Positions 17,870 through 26,430 of a stretch of 64,000 nucleotides of DNA are shown here, piece after piece. Both the position numbers and the translations under genes were made by a program. The DNA is taken from the NCBI GenBank assembly GCA_013204155.1, contig JABMOK010000090.1:14850-78849 (forward strand), read 5' to 3'. Every line of letters starts with the position of its first letter. The stretch's first letter is position 1. Below the pieces are notes generated by a model that saw nothing but the letters and a program-made list of their open reading frames with translations, had not been told where the DNA came from and did no database searches. The DNA is from Pseudohongiella sp. GTDB lineage: Bacteria; Pseudomonadota; Gammaproteobacteria; Pseudomonadales; Pseudohongiellaceae.

Positions 17870-19645
17870 CTATAGTGGCCACACTACAAGCAATAACGGC
17901 ACAGCCACCGCCACAATAATTATCTCGAGAGGCAAGCCCATGCGCCAGTAATCACCAAATTGATACCCACCTGGCCCCATTATCAGGGCGTTATTCTGAT
18001 GACCTATCGGCGTGAGAAAAGCACATGAGGCGCCGACGGCCACTGCCATCAGGAAGGCATCGGGGTTCACCCCAAGAGTCACAGCAATATTATAGGCGAT
18101 GGGAGCCATCAGGATCGCAGTGGCTGCATTATTCAAGACATCCGATACAGTCATGGTGATAATCAGTAACAAGGCAAGGATTAGTGATGGAGGCAGGTCT
18201 CCCGCTACGGCGAGAATCCCATTTACTAACAGAGTGGTGGTTCCCGTAGTTTCCAGAGCACTGCCAAGAGGTATCATCGCACCAAGCAAAATAACTACCG
18301 GCCAATCTACACCATCATAAAATTCCCTCACCGGAACTATATTTTGCAGCACCATTGCCACCGTCGCCATTCCCAGGGCTAATTGGATGGATACAAATCC
18401 TGAGGCGGTTGCGGCGATTGCAATGACGAAAGTCAGCAGCGCCGGCAGCGCTTTCGACGAGCGGCCTAAGCCCAAATCGCGCGGCGCCAGAGGATAGCAA
18501 TCCAGTTTTATGATGGCGTCCTGTAATTCCTCGGCTTCGCCGTGCAGCAGCAATACATCGCCGACCTCGAATTTAAAATCACGCAAACGATTTCGATGTG
18601 GCGTTCCCGATCGAGAAGCGGCCAGCAAATTCACATCGTATTTTCTATTGAATCGAATCTGGGTTGGAGTTCTACCGAGTATCGGCGAACGAGGCGTTAC
18701 AACGACTTCTGCAATCTGCGAATCTTCCGAATGTAAAATTTCCTTCTGTGCGTTTTCCGCAGAAAGCAGCTGAAAATTGTGAGCACTGACGAAACTGTCT
18801 ATATCGTCATGAGATCCTTGCAGCATAAGCAGGTCATTTACTGCGATTTTATGTCGCCGATAAACAACTGGCATCTTCTCACGTTTATGCACCATGGAAA
18901 GCAAGTCCATTTTCTGCTCGGCTAATGCATCCTTTAGCTCTCCTACTGCCTTGCCAACAAAGCTGGTGTCTTTTGTAACTTTTAATTCAAACAGGTATTT
19001 TTCAATATCAAATAATTCCAAGCCGGTAGTTTGCTTGCGCACCTTAACCAGTTTCCAACCTATTAGCAGCATGAATAGAATACCGCACACAGCAATTCCC
19101 CCGCCTACCGGTGCGAAATCAAACATGGTGAATGCTTCGCCCGTCACTTCCTGTCGATAATTTGCGATGAGAATATTTGGCGGTGTACCGATGAGAGTCA
19201 CCAGACCACCGAGAATTGAACCAAAAGACAGAGGCATTAATACTGTCGCCGGAGCACGACCCGCCTTGGTAGTAGACTGGATAGCGATTGGCATCAATAA
19301 AGCCAACGCCCCCACATTATTCATAAACATAGAAAGAAATGCAGCGAGAAAAGTAAGCACAGCAATATGCAAATAAGGCTGAGAAGAAACCGGCTCGATA
19401 ACACTTGTAATAAATTCAACTGCTCCGGATTTCGTCAGACCGAAGCTAACAATAAGAACCAATACCACCGTAATAGTGGCCGGATTCCCGAACCCGGAAA
19501 ATAATTCCGTCTGCGGTACCAGACCAAAAAAACTGGCCGTAAATAGAGCTCCGAGCGCAACTATGTCATAGCGCCACTTGCCCCATACCAGCAATACCAA
19601 CAGAGAAAAGAGAATCAGCAGCAGAATTATTTGAGCGCCGGTCAT
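17870..19645 (-). CDS. SLC13/DASS-family permease with central TrkA-C domains
   Basis: A 591-aa polytopic membrane protein with two transmembrane bundles flanking a soluble region of about 180 aa (KVTKDTSFVGKAVGELK...GDVLLLHGEAEEL), the TrkA-C arrangement. Confidence 0.8.
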   Translation of the reverse strand: MTGAQIILLLILFSLLVLLVWGKWRYDIVALGALFTASFFGLVPQTELFSGFGNPATITVVLVLIVSFGLTKSGAVEFITSVIEPVSSQPYLHIAVLTFLAAFLSMFMNNVGALALLMPIAIQSTTKAGRAPATVLMPLSFGSILGGLVTLIGTPPNILIANYRQEVTGEAFTMFDFAPVGGGIAVCGILFMLLIGWKLVKVRKQTTGLELFDIEKYLFELKVTKDTSFVGKAVGELKDALAEQKMDLLSMVHKREKMPVVYRRHKIAVNDLLMLQGSHDDIDSFVSAHNFQLLSAENAQKEILHSEDSQIAEVVVTPRSPILGRTPTQIRFNRKYDVNLLAASRSGTPHRNRLRDFKFEVGDVLLLHGEAEELQDAIIKLDCYPLAPRDLGLGRSSKALPALLTFVIAIAATASGFVSIQLALGMATVAMVLQNIVPVREFYDGVDWPVVILLGAMIPLGSALETTGTTTLLVNGILAVAGDLPPSLILALLLIITMTVSDVLNNAATAILMAPIAYNIAVTLGVNPDAFLMAVAVGASCAFLTPIGHQNNALIMGPGGYQFGDYWRMGLPLEIIIVAVAVPLLLVVWPL

Positions 19646-19660
19646 ATAGAATAGCCACTA

Positions 19661-20347
19661 TCAGACAATATTGAACCCCAGTTCTCCGACACCTTCAATG
19701 GTAGCCGTTAGCCTGTCGCCGGCTTGAACAGCAGCAACCCCTGCTGGAGTCCCTGTGTAAATCAAATCACCGGATTTCAGTTCGAAGAATTTGGATAGCT
19801 CAGAAATGATTTCAGGCACCGTCCAAATCATCTCATTGATGTTTGCTTGCTGCCTAATCTCATTGTTTATCTTTAGCTGGATTTGAGCATCGACCGGATG
19901 ACCGCACTCACTACTTGGTCGAATAGACGATATTGGTGCCGACTGATCAAATCCCTTGGCAACATCCCAGGGCCTACCCTTGTTTTTTGCGATAGTTTGT
20001 AAGTCTCTACGCGTGAAATCGATTCCAACTGCGTAGCCATAAACACAATCCAGCGCTGATTCCAGCGCTATATCCTTGCCTCCGCTTTTTAGGGCCACAA
20101 CCAATTCGACTTCATGATGCAAATCATTTGTTGCCTGCGGATAACTCACATCTTCATTTTCCAGCACCAGTGCAGTGGCGGGTTTGCTAAAAAAAACAGG
20201 CGGCTCCTGCTTGGGGTCTCCTCCCATTTCCTTAACATGATCTGCATAATTTCTACCCACACAGTAAATGCGATGTACAGGAAAAAAATCTTCAGAGCCG
20301 GTTACGGACACGGCGGGCACTGGTTGTGGCGTTACCACGAATTCCAT
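19661..20347 (-). CDS. fumarylacetoacetate hydrolase family protein
   Basis: It has IYCVGRNYADHVKEMGG, FFSKP, HHEVELVVAL and GDLIYTGTPAGV, the typical FAH-family blocks. Confidence 0.85.
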   Translation of the reverse strand: MEFVVTPQPVPAVSVTGSEDFFPVHRIYCVGRNYADHVKEMGGDPKQEPPVFFSKPATALVLENEDVSYPQATNDLHHEVELVVALKSGGKDIALESALDCVYGYAVGIDFTRRDLQTIAKNKGRPWDVAKGFDQSAPISSIRPSSECGHPVDAQIQLKINNEIRQQANINEMIWTVPEIISELSKFFELKSGDLIYTGTPAGVAAVQAGDRLTATIEGVGELGFNIV

Positions 20348-20425
20348 GATTGAATCTCCATACTAACTTTGTTTTTAAACTATCTCCCAAACTACAATCT
20401 TACCAGCAAGACCTTTTTTGGATCA

Positions 20426-21274
20426 CTACTTTTTACATCCCAGTTCGACAGCTAAATCTTCATCCGCAGAATTTTGTAGCTCAGGAAAAAGAGTAAACCC
20501 CGTTTCCTGTTCTATTATCTGCAAATTGCTCAACTGATCACAATAGTTCGCGGGTTGGGCCAAATCCTGAGGGAATATAAATGCCGCCCGCTGCGTTCCC
20601 GCTGCGATGACCTTAAAAAAAGCCGCTGGTCTGTCAGACAAACTATCAGCAGATGTAGCAAGAGTTTGAATACGATACAGCGGGCCACTGAGCACAAACA
20701 CCTCCCCTACTCGCGCCGCCAGTTCATTTACAGCCTGATCGAGCCGCGACCAGCTGCCGACTCTAAGATCGTTGGGAAGCGATGCCAAATTACTGATGTA
20801 ATTCAGTTCCGACCAATAGGGAGTGCCGGCAAAACTACTCATTGGAGCCAGCCGCCCCTGATCTTCGGCATTAATGATGATCTCATTAATGCGATAACTG
20901 CTATCCTCCCGATCCGTTAAGTCCGGCTGAATAATTCGGGGGGAATTATCTATCAGTTGATCCAGATTAGATTTAGAGGAGAGAAGATTATCCTCGAGCC
21001 AAAAACGCGGAAGTAGCGAGGCGACTCCAACGGAGTCCTTGAGCACTCGGTAGGCAATCCAGTCGGCGAGACCGCTGTCGCCATTAATGGAAGCGGCAAA
21101 TAGATGCCGCACCACAATCTCATTAGCTCCCGTGCCCGCTGGCAAGCTCGATTCCGGACAGCCCGCCATACAATGCGCAATATGAACTGTCTGCGCATTG
21201 ACCGCGGGCATAAGCGAGAGGATAGCTAGAAGACTAGCCCATTGGATATAGAATTTGACTATGTACTTCATCAC
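20426..21274 (-). CDS. exported Serratia-NucA-type (DNA/RNA non-specific endonuclease family) homologue with an altered active-site motif
   Basis: It has a signal peptide. It is collinear with Serratia nuclease as I recall that sequence: CMAGCP, IVVRH, ADWIAYRVLKD, LAPMSSFAG, ELNYISN, VLSGPLY and the C-terminal ELGCKK. The DRGH motif reads DQGR here (20852-20863). Confidence 0.8.
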   Translation of the reverse strand: MMKYIVKFYIQWASLLAILSLMPAVNAQTVHIAHCMAGCPESSLPAGTGANEIVVRHLFAASINGDSGLADWIAYRVLKDSVGVASLLPRFWLEDNLLSSKSNLDQLIDNSPRIIQPDLTDREDSSYRINEIIINAEDQGRLAPMSSFAGTPYWSELNYISNLASLPNDLRVGSWSRLDQAVNELAARVGEVFVLSGPLYRIQTLATSADSLSDRPAAFFKVIAAGTQRAAFIFPQDLAQPANYCDQLSNLQIIEQETGFTLFPELQNSADEDLAVELGCKK

Positions 21275-22253
21275 ACTGCTTCATTAATTCATCACTGAGT
21301 TCTACATCGAGTGCTGCCAGAGATTCATCCAGTTGATCTGCTGTTCGCGCGCCGATGATTGTAGACGCCACAAAGTCAAAGTTCATACTCCAGGCTGTGG
21401 CTAGCGTAACAGGTGACATACCGGCTTCCTTCGCTATCTCCAGATATTTTGCCGTAGATGCCAAAGTCCCTTCATTTACAAAGCGACTCGACATTGCCCG
21501 CTGCCGTGGATTGTCAGCATTATTGTAATCTCCAAATCTGCTATTACTTGGGATTTCCGGCTGATTATATTTTCCGCTTAACACTCCTCCTCCAATTGGT
21601 GAGTACGGTAAAAGAGAGACGTGCTCCCTTCTACAAACATTCGCCAGCTCATCCATAAATCGACGATTAAGCAAAGAGAAGTTGTTTTGAATGGATTGAA
21701 ATTTTGCCAGGCCCTCATATTCAGCCACAGTATTTGCCTTCGTCAGGCCATAGGCATTTTCATTTGAGGTCCCCAGATAACGAACCTTGCCAGATTGCAC
21801 CAAACGATCCAGAGCCTCCATCGATTCATCGATCGGCACTACCGTGTCGGGCCAGTGCACCTGATACAAATCGATATACTCTGTCCCCAGCCTGCGCAAG
21901 GAGCCTTCCACTGCAGTTTCGATATGAAATCTGTCGACAGCGGTCAATCCGTGACGCACCGGGGGTACGAACCATCCGGAAGCGGCGCCAGCGACCTTGG
22001 TCGCAATAATCAATGAGTCACGCGGCTTGGTCTTAATCCATTCGCCAAATATTTGCTCTGTAACACCGACAGTCTCCGCATTAGGCGGCACAGGATAGAC
22101 TTCCGCCGTGTCGTAAAAATTAATGCCGCGCTCGTAGGCTTTTTCCAATATCTTGAATGACTCTTTCTTATCACTCCAGCTGCCGAAACTCATTGTACCC
22201 ATACAAATTGGGGTGACCCGCAAGCCGCTCTTGCCTATATAACGATATTCCAT
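21234..22253 (-). CDS. aldo/keto reductase (Tas-like)
   Basis: The start is moved to MEYRYIGKSGLRVTPICMGTM. It has AKR blocks INFYDTAEVY and IDLYQVHWPD and a C-terminus like that of Tas. Its 3' end overlaps the downstream nuclease start by 41 nt. Confidence 0.85.
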   Translation of the reverse strand: MEYRYIGKSGLRVTPICMGTMSFGSWSDKKESFKILEKAYERGINFYDTAEVYPVPPNAETVGVTEQIFGEWIKTKPRDSLIIATKVAGAASGWFVPPVRHGLTAVDRFHIETAVEGSLRRLGTEYIDLYQVHWPDTVVPIDESMEALDRLVQSGKVRYLGTSNENAYGLTKANTVAEYEGLAKFQSIQNNFSLLNRRFMDELANVCRREHVSLLPYSPIGGGVLSGKYNQPEIPSNSRFGDYNNADNPRQRAMSSRFVNEGTLASTAKYLEIAKEAGMSPVTLATAWSMNFDFVASTIIGARTADQLDESLAALDVELSDELMKQCDEVHSQILYPMG

Positions 22254-22324
22254 ACTTCTTCCTTCACTTCTTGTTAAAACGAAACTTGCTGTTGGCATTA
22301 AAGTTGGTATTTAACTTGTTACTG

Positions 22325-23419
22325 CTAAGCAAGTGGTTCGCAAATATCACCAAGATAGCCGCCGCCACCACAATAGCTGGCATCCTGAACCTGAATTCGA
22401 ATGCCATCCGGATCAGAAAAATACACTTCCGGCGTGCCTCCCTCAATGCCCCCTCTATTCGGCATGCGCATGCTTATCCAATGCACCAGAGGCGGTGTGT
22501 TACTGGCGCTCTCCCGGGCCGTGAAGCCGTAATCTTCCAGTTTTGTAATGATTGCATCGACATCAAAATCTTTGACACTAAGACATACGTGATCGATGCG
22601 GCCCGGCTGCGTCGGCGGCCCATCCTCGCTGCCACCCACATACATAAGAAATTGAATGCCATCACCGACACCGACTATTGGCGAGCCAGGACCCTGATAA
22701 GCCTGATAACTCTTACCCAAAATTCGAGTATAAAATTCATTGCCACGGGTGTTATTGGCGAGAAAATTAGTAAAATGACTTAGATCAATTGACTCAAACA
22801 GGCCTGCCGTCGGAGCGGGCTCGAGTCGTTCACACACATTGCCCAGTGGCCCGCTTCCGCCACAGTAATCCTCCGCCGATAATTGAAAGACCAGACCCTC
22901 GAGACCGGCAAAATATAAATCCTGGGTTCCAGCTACTGAACCACCGGCATCTTGACCGCGGTTGTCCACCCATGAGCGCATTGCCGAATCCAGTGCAGGC
23001 TGACCCGGTGCTGGCTTGGTACTGCGCGCAATACCAAAATCGTCCAATTGATCTCGAACGCTCTCTAACTCAAAATCTTCAACACTCAAACCGATATGAC
23101 TAATACCCGGCTGTTCGCCTGCACGGACCGGAGAAAGAGAAAAGAATCGTGGGCCGTCACCGATACGCAAACAGACCGTATCACCCTGTCGCGCCTGAAC
23201 CGCAGAGCCAAAGATGTCCTGATAGAACTTCAGCGAACGATCCATGTCCGAAACCCGCAGGCCGAAGCTATGTAATTTCCTAACCGCCACGGGATGGGTT
23301 GATTGCTGGGCGAATAAGCCAGGAGCAAATGCCAAGACAGGCAACGCTTTCAGTAGCTTGCGCCGGCTATGACTGATTGATTTAGTCGAAGCCACTAAAT
23401 CGTGATATTGGGATTTCAT
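22325..23419 (-). CDS. exported tandem VOC (glyoxalase/dioxygenase-fold) protein with a Tat-type signal
   Basis: The N-terminal twin-arginine-like motif is SRRKLLKALPVLAFAPGLFA. Repeated VOC modules follow (HSFGLRVSDMDRSLKFY, HIGLSVEDF, HVCLSVKDFD). Confidence 0.7.
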   Translation of the reverse strand: MKSQYHDLVASTKSISHSRRKLLKALPVLAFAPGLFAQQSTHPVAVRKLHSFGLRVSDMDRSLKFYQDIFGSAVQARQGDTVCLRIGDGPRFFSLSPVRAGEQPGISHIGLSVEDFELESVRDQLDDFGIARSTKPAPGQPALDSAMRSWVDNRGQDAGGSVAGTQDLYFAGLEGLVFQLSAEDYCGGSGPLGNVCERLEPAPTAGLFESIDLSHFTNFLANNTRGNEFYTRILGKSYQAYQGPGSPIVGVGDGIQFLMYVGGSEDGPPTQPGRIDHVCLSVKDFDVDAIITKLEDYGFTARESASNTPPLVHWISMRMPNRGGIEGGTPEVYFSDPDGIRIQVQDASYCGGGGYLGDICEPLA

Positions 23420-23491
23420 GGCGGCTGTCCTCGGGCCTGTTTAAGTCGGGACATCATAGCCAGAGTGCGGTACTAGCGTCTACCTTGAAGC

Positions 23492-23890
23492 CTACTTATT
23501 CTGCTCAATGCGCCCATTTTCAGCCTGCCATTGCTCCATGCCCCCCTGCAGATGGGCGACATTCTCGACACCCATGTTTTGCAATGTTTGCGCCGCCAGT
23601 GCTGAACGCCAACCCTTATTGCAATACAGAATAATTTCCTTTGCCTGATCGAATTCTGACCGATAATAGGGACTGTCGGGGTCAATCCAGAACTCGAGCA
23701 TGCCTCTGGGAATATGCAATGAGGCAGGAATCTTGCCTTCCCTCTTGACCTCTCGCACGTCCCTGAGATCGATCAGCAATAAACCCTCAGTTTGCGCCTG
23801 CAGCTTCAGTTCTACTTCTGCCGGGCTAAGGGATTTTACCTGACTCTCCGCCTCCGCGACTAACTGCCTGAAGCCCTTGCTCAATTCCAT
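23492..23890 (-). CDS. rhodanese-domain sulfurtransferase
   Basis: A 132-aa single rhodanese domain with the active-site loop YCNKGWRS. Confidence 0.8.
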   Translation of the reverse strand: MELSKGFRQLVAEAESQVKSLSPAEVELKLQAQTEGLLLIDLRDVREVKREGKIPASLHIPRGMLEFWIDPDSPYYRSEFDQAKEIILYCNKGWRSALAAQTLQNMGVENVAHLQGGMEQWQAENGRIEQNK

Positions 23891-24084
23891 GTTTTAATCC
23901 CTGCTGTTAGTCTTGCGCTACTGGTTTTGCGCGACTTCCTCGCCGGCGAAGGGTTCTTGCGCTCGGTGTCCGAAGAGGAAATTCATCACGCTGGGGCATC
24001 CTTCGTGACCGGCCTATTCATAGACAGGATCAGCGCTGTAATCCAGCCTGTGATCGATTGGCTCAGCCGCTCTGCCGGCCCTAA

Positions 24085-25155
24085 CTAACGGCGCGAAGAT
24101 TTAAGCAGAGCTCCACCGCCGGATACAACCGCGCCAAAAACATTGCCCGCTGAATCCACCGCAACCCCTTCCGGATTGGATCCTTCGGGATAGGCTAGCA
24201 CCGTGCCATCAATAAAATAGTCGACGATGCCATCCAGCAAACTGCCTACCCGGATACCCGCATGCCAACCAGGATTTCGAGTGTCATCAAACTCAGACTC
24301 CGAATCGGCAACGTAGATAGTGTCTTCGTCGGTAATATAAATACCGCTGGGTCGGCTAAAAGATTTGAATTCAGCAATATAATTACCGTCCAGATCGAAT
24401 ATTTGCAGTCGATTATTTCCTCGATCACCCACCACGAGTCTGTTGCGGGAATCGATGTCGAGCGCGTGAGGGGTTTTCATTTTACCCGCCGTTGAGCCCC
24501 AACCTCCCCAGTATTTGATCATATTGCCGTTACGATCGTATTTTACGATACGGGCAACCGTATCCGCCGTCGCATCCTCATTTTGACCACTGTGCCCATC
24601 ACCAACATAAATATTGCCGTCTGCATCGGTCACCACATCGCAGGGAGTTTCTAATAAGGCATCGGTGCCGTCGCCGGCTACGCCCGGTTGCCCAAGGGTC
24701 AGCAATACCTCCCCCTCAGGACTCAATTTATACACGGCATGCCCCATGCCACGGGTCGCAGGATTATCCGGGTCTGGGCCACGGGCATCGGTCACCCATA
24801 TATTGCCATCGCGATCAACATGCGGCCCGTGAGGGAAAAGCATCAGGCCGCCACCGATAGCGCTTACCACATTGCCATTTTGATCTATTTTTACTATTGG
24901 ATCGACGCTAGAACCAATACAGCTGTTACCGCCGCATCGATCGATAGCCCACAAATGATGACCATCGGGGTCCATATCGACACCGGCAGTAGAGCCCCAT
25001 TGCCGATCGCCTGGCAGCACAGCCCAGCCATCCTCTGTTGAAAATGGATTGGGGCGCTCATTAATGGGCTCTAATTGCGCAAATGCCACATTCACAGAGA
25101 GCATTGCCAGCAATAACCAGGCCGCTCGAGACGTATAGGTTTTGAAAATTATCAT
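24085..25155 (-). CDS. exported NHL-repeat six-bladed propeller, peptidyl-alpha-hydroxyglycine lyase (PAL)-like
   Basis: The start is moved to MIIFKTYTSRAAWLLLAMLSVNVAFA, a signal peptide. NHL repeats are present (GDRGNNRLQIFD and others). The blocks LFPHGPHVDRDGNIWVTDA, VGDGHSG, RIVKYD and TPHALDID are collinear with the PAL zinc/catalytic blocks as I recall them. Confidence 0.7.
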   Translation of the reverse strand: MIIFKTYTSRAAWLLLAMLSVNVAFAQLEPINERPNPFSTEDGWAVLPGDRQWGSTAGVDMDPDGHHLWAIDRCGGNSCIGSSVDPIVKIDQNGNVVSAIGGGLMLFPHGPHVDRDGNIWVTDARGPDPDNPATRGMGHAVYKLSPEGEVLLTLGQPGVAGDGTDALLETPCDVVTDADGNIYVGDGHSGQNEDATADTVARIVKYDRNGNMIKYWGGWGSTAGKMKTPHALDIDSRNRLVVGDRGNNRLQIFDLDGNYIAEFKSFSRPSGIYITDEDTIYVADSESEFDDTRNPGWHAGIRVGSLLDGIVDYFIDGTVLAYPEGSNPEGVAVDSAGNVFGAVVSGGGALLKSSRR

Positions 25156-25290
25156 GATCGATTCCTCTGCATAGACTTTGCCAGTGCTAATACCGCCACC
25201 GGCAATCATCGCCTTTGATGAATTGATTCAGGCTGTAGGGGATAGGATAGAATGGAAAGATTAGAACACAGAACTGACGAATGCAACGCG

Positions 25291-25382
25291 CCCACTTCTT
25301 TTATTGCAAAACCTACTCCTTTTATTGCAAAACCCACTTCTCTTATTGCAAAACCCACTTCTCTTATTGCAAAAGAAGTGGG
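25291..25382. repeat. four tandem 21-bp repeats capped by an inverted arm (terminator-derived array)
   Basis: Four copies of the CCCACTTCTCTTATTGCAAAA unit occupy 25291-25374 (copies 3-4 exact, copies 1-2 variant) and are followed by GAAGTGGG. On the minus strand the first unit reads CCCACTTCT-loop-AGAAGTGGG-TTTT, directly after the stop of the 25430-26428 gene. Confidence 0.9.
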
Positions 25383-25429
25383 CGCGAAAAGCAAGTCTGA
25401 GAAGGTGAAGCGCAGGAATTGCCGCTGTG

Positions 25430-26428
25430 CTATCGGGTCACCGTCACGTTGATGTTTTGATAAGTAAACATGGAGCCATCACTGGCTATACCCCGCAACA
25501 CATATTCACCGGGCTCATCAAAGGTCACCTCAGCAGTCCATCTACCATCTTCCGGCGGCATCGGGATTTCGAAAGGGGGCGACCAGGGGGAATTAGCGTA
25601 CATCCGTGTATCGGTATAGGTCTTGAACTGCGCTGGATTGAAGCTTGCCGATTCGGCTGGCCCGCGGTAGATAGTCCAGGAAAAGCGCAATCCGGGTCCA
25701 CTCATCGCAACGATTGAAGAAGGGGGCCGATAGATCTGGCCATTACTTGTCCTCGGTGCGGCTCTTCGAGCCGGGAGATTATCGGGATCGCTGGCTCTCA
25801 CCGCCAAACTCAGAGGCTGGCCTACTCGAACGCTACGAAAACTTTCACCTTCAACCCGCAATTCCGGGGAAATATTGGTGCGTAGAGAATCGCTCAGGCT
25901 GCCGAAATTACCCCCGACCTCGGTGGAAATAACCTGCGGATCGATACGATAATCGGGCTTCAGCGTTCCATAGGCACGGTTTACCTGACCCTGAGTTTTC
26001 AGGGTCCAGACCATTTCTTCATCGCCGAAATCTGCCGGCACATCAATGGTAAACAGAAACGGATTACGGCGAGGATAGAAATGCGTCGGCTGGCCCTGAT
26101 CGGCATCGGAAAAATCAAAACCATCTTTCGCCAGGTCGTCCAGCTCTCCAGCACCCACATTGGAAAAATAATTATCCGCACCAACAGAGATATCGAACTG
26201 TTGTTCCCAGTTGGTATTCATATAGCCAAAGAACAACTTATAAGTGCCATCATCATTGGGCCACCAACCTTCGTAGGCTGGCGAGGTAATCTGCTCGCGT
26301 AACTGCATGAGCATTGTTTCAGCGACAACCATCTGAGAGCTAAAAATCAGCGCCAGGGTGATTGACGAGGCTGTCTTGAAATTTATCATGCTACCGAGTA
26401 GCGAGAATCGTGTATTTCCAGCTTTCAT
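25430..26428 (-). CDS. hypothetical exported protein, partner of the heme/copper monooxygenase-like gene
   Basis: It has a signal peptide and probably a C-terminal Ig/PKD-like beta-sandwich (GRWTAEVTFDEPGEYVLRGIASDG). The ATG at 26428 lies 2 nt after the upstream stop; the alternative TTG at 26434 overlaps it. Confidence 0.6.
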   Translation of the reverse strand: MKAGNTRFSLLGSMINFKTASSITLALIFSSQMVVAETMLMQLREQITSPAYEGWWPNDDGTYKLFFGYMNTNWEQQFDISVGADNYFSNVGAGELDDLAKDGFDFSDADQGQPTHFYPRRNPFLFTIDVPADFGDEEMVWTLKTQGQVNRAYGTLKPDYRIDPQVISTEVGGNFGSLSDSLRTNISPELRVEGESFRSVRVGQPLSLAVRASDPDNLPARRAAPRTSNGQIYRPPSSIVAMSGPGLRFSWTIYRGPAESASFNPAQFKTYTDTRMYANSPWSPPFEIPMPPEDGRWTAEVTFDEPGEYVLRGIASDGSMFTYQNINVTVTR

Positions 26429-26430
26429 TT

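Noticed and set aside
22271-22783. 170-aa plus-strand ORF
   Set aside because: It is antisense to the 5' region of the aldo/keto reductase gene and the 3' part of the VOC gene, so it is a shadow ORF.
23891-24084. 194-bp spacer that reads like a C-terminal protein fragment on the plus strand (possible gene remnant)
   Set aside because: It has no start codon or recognisable motif and is too short to support a pseudogene call.
25206-25452. Two short ORFs (62 and 66 aa) with FAIREVGFAIREVG / KPTSLIAKPTSLIAK repeats
   Set aside because: Both are translations of the 21-bp tandem array on opposite strands. The periodic peptide is a by-product of the DNA repeat.
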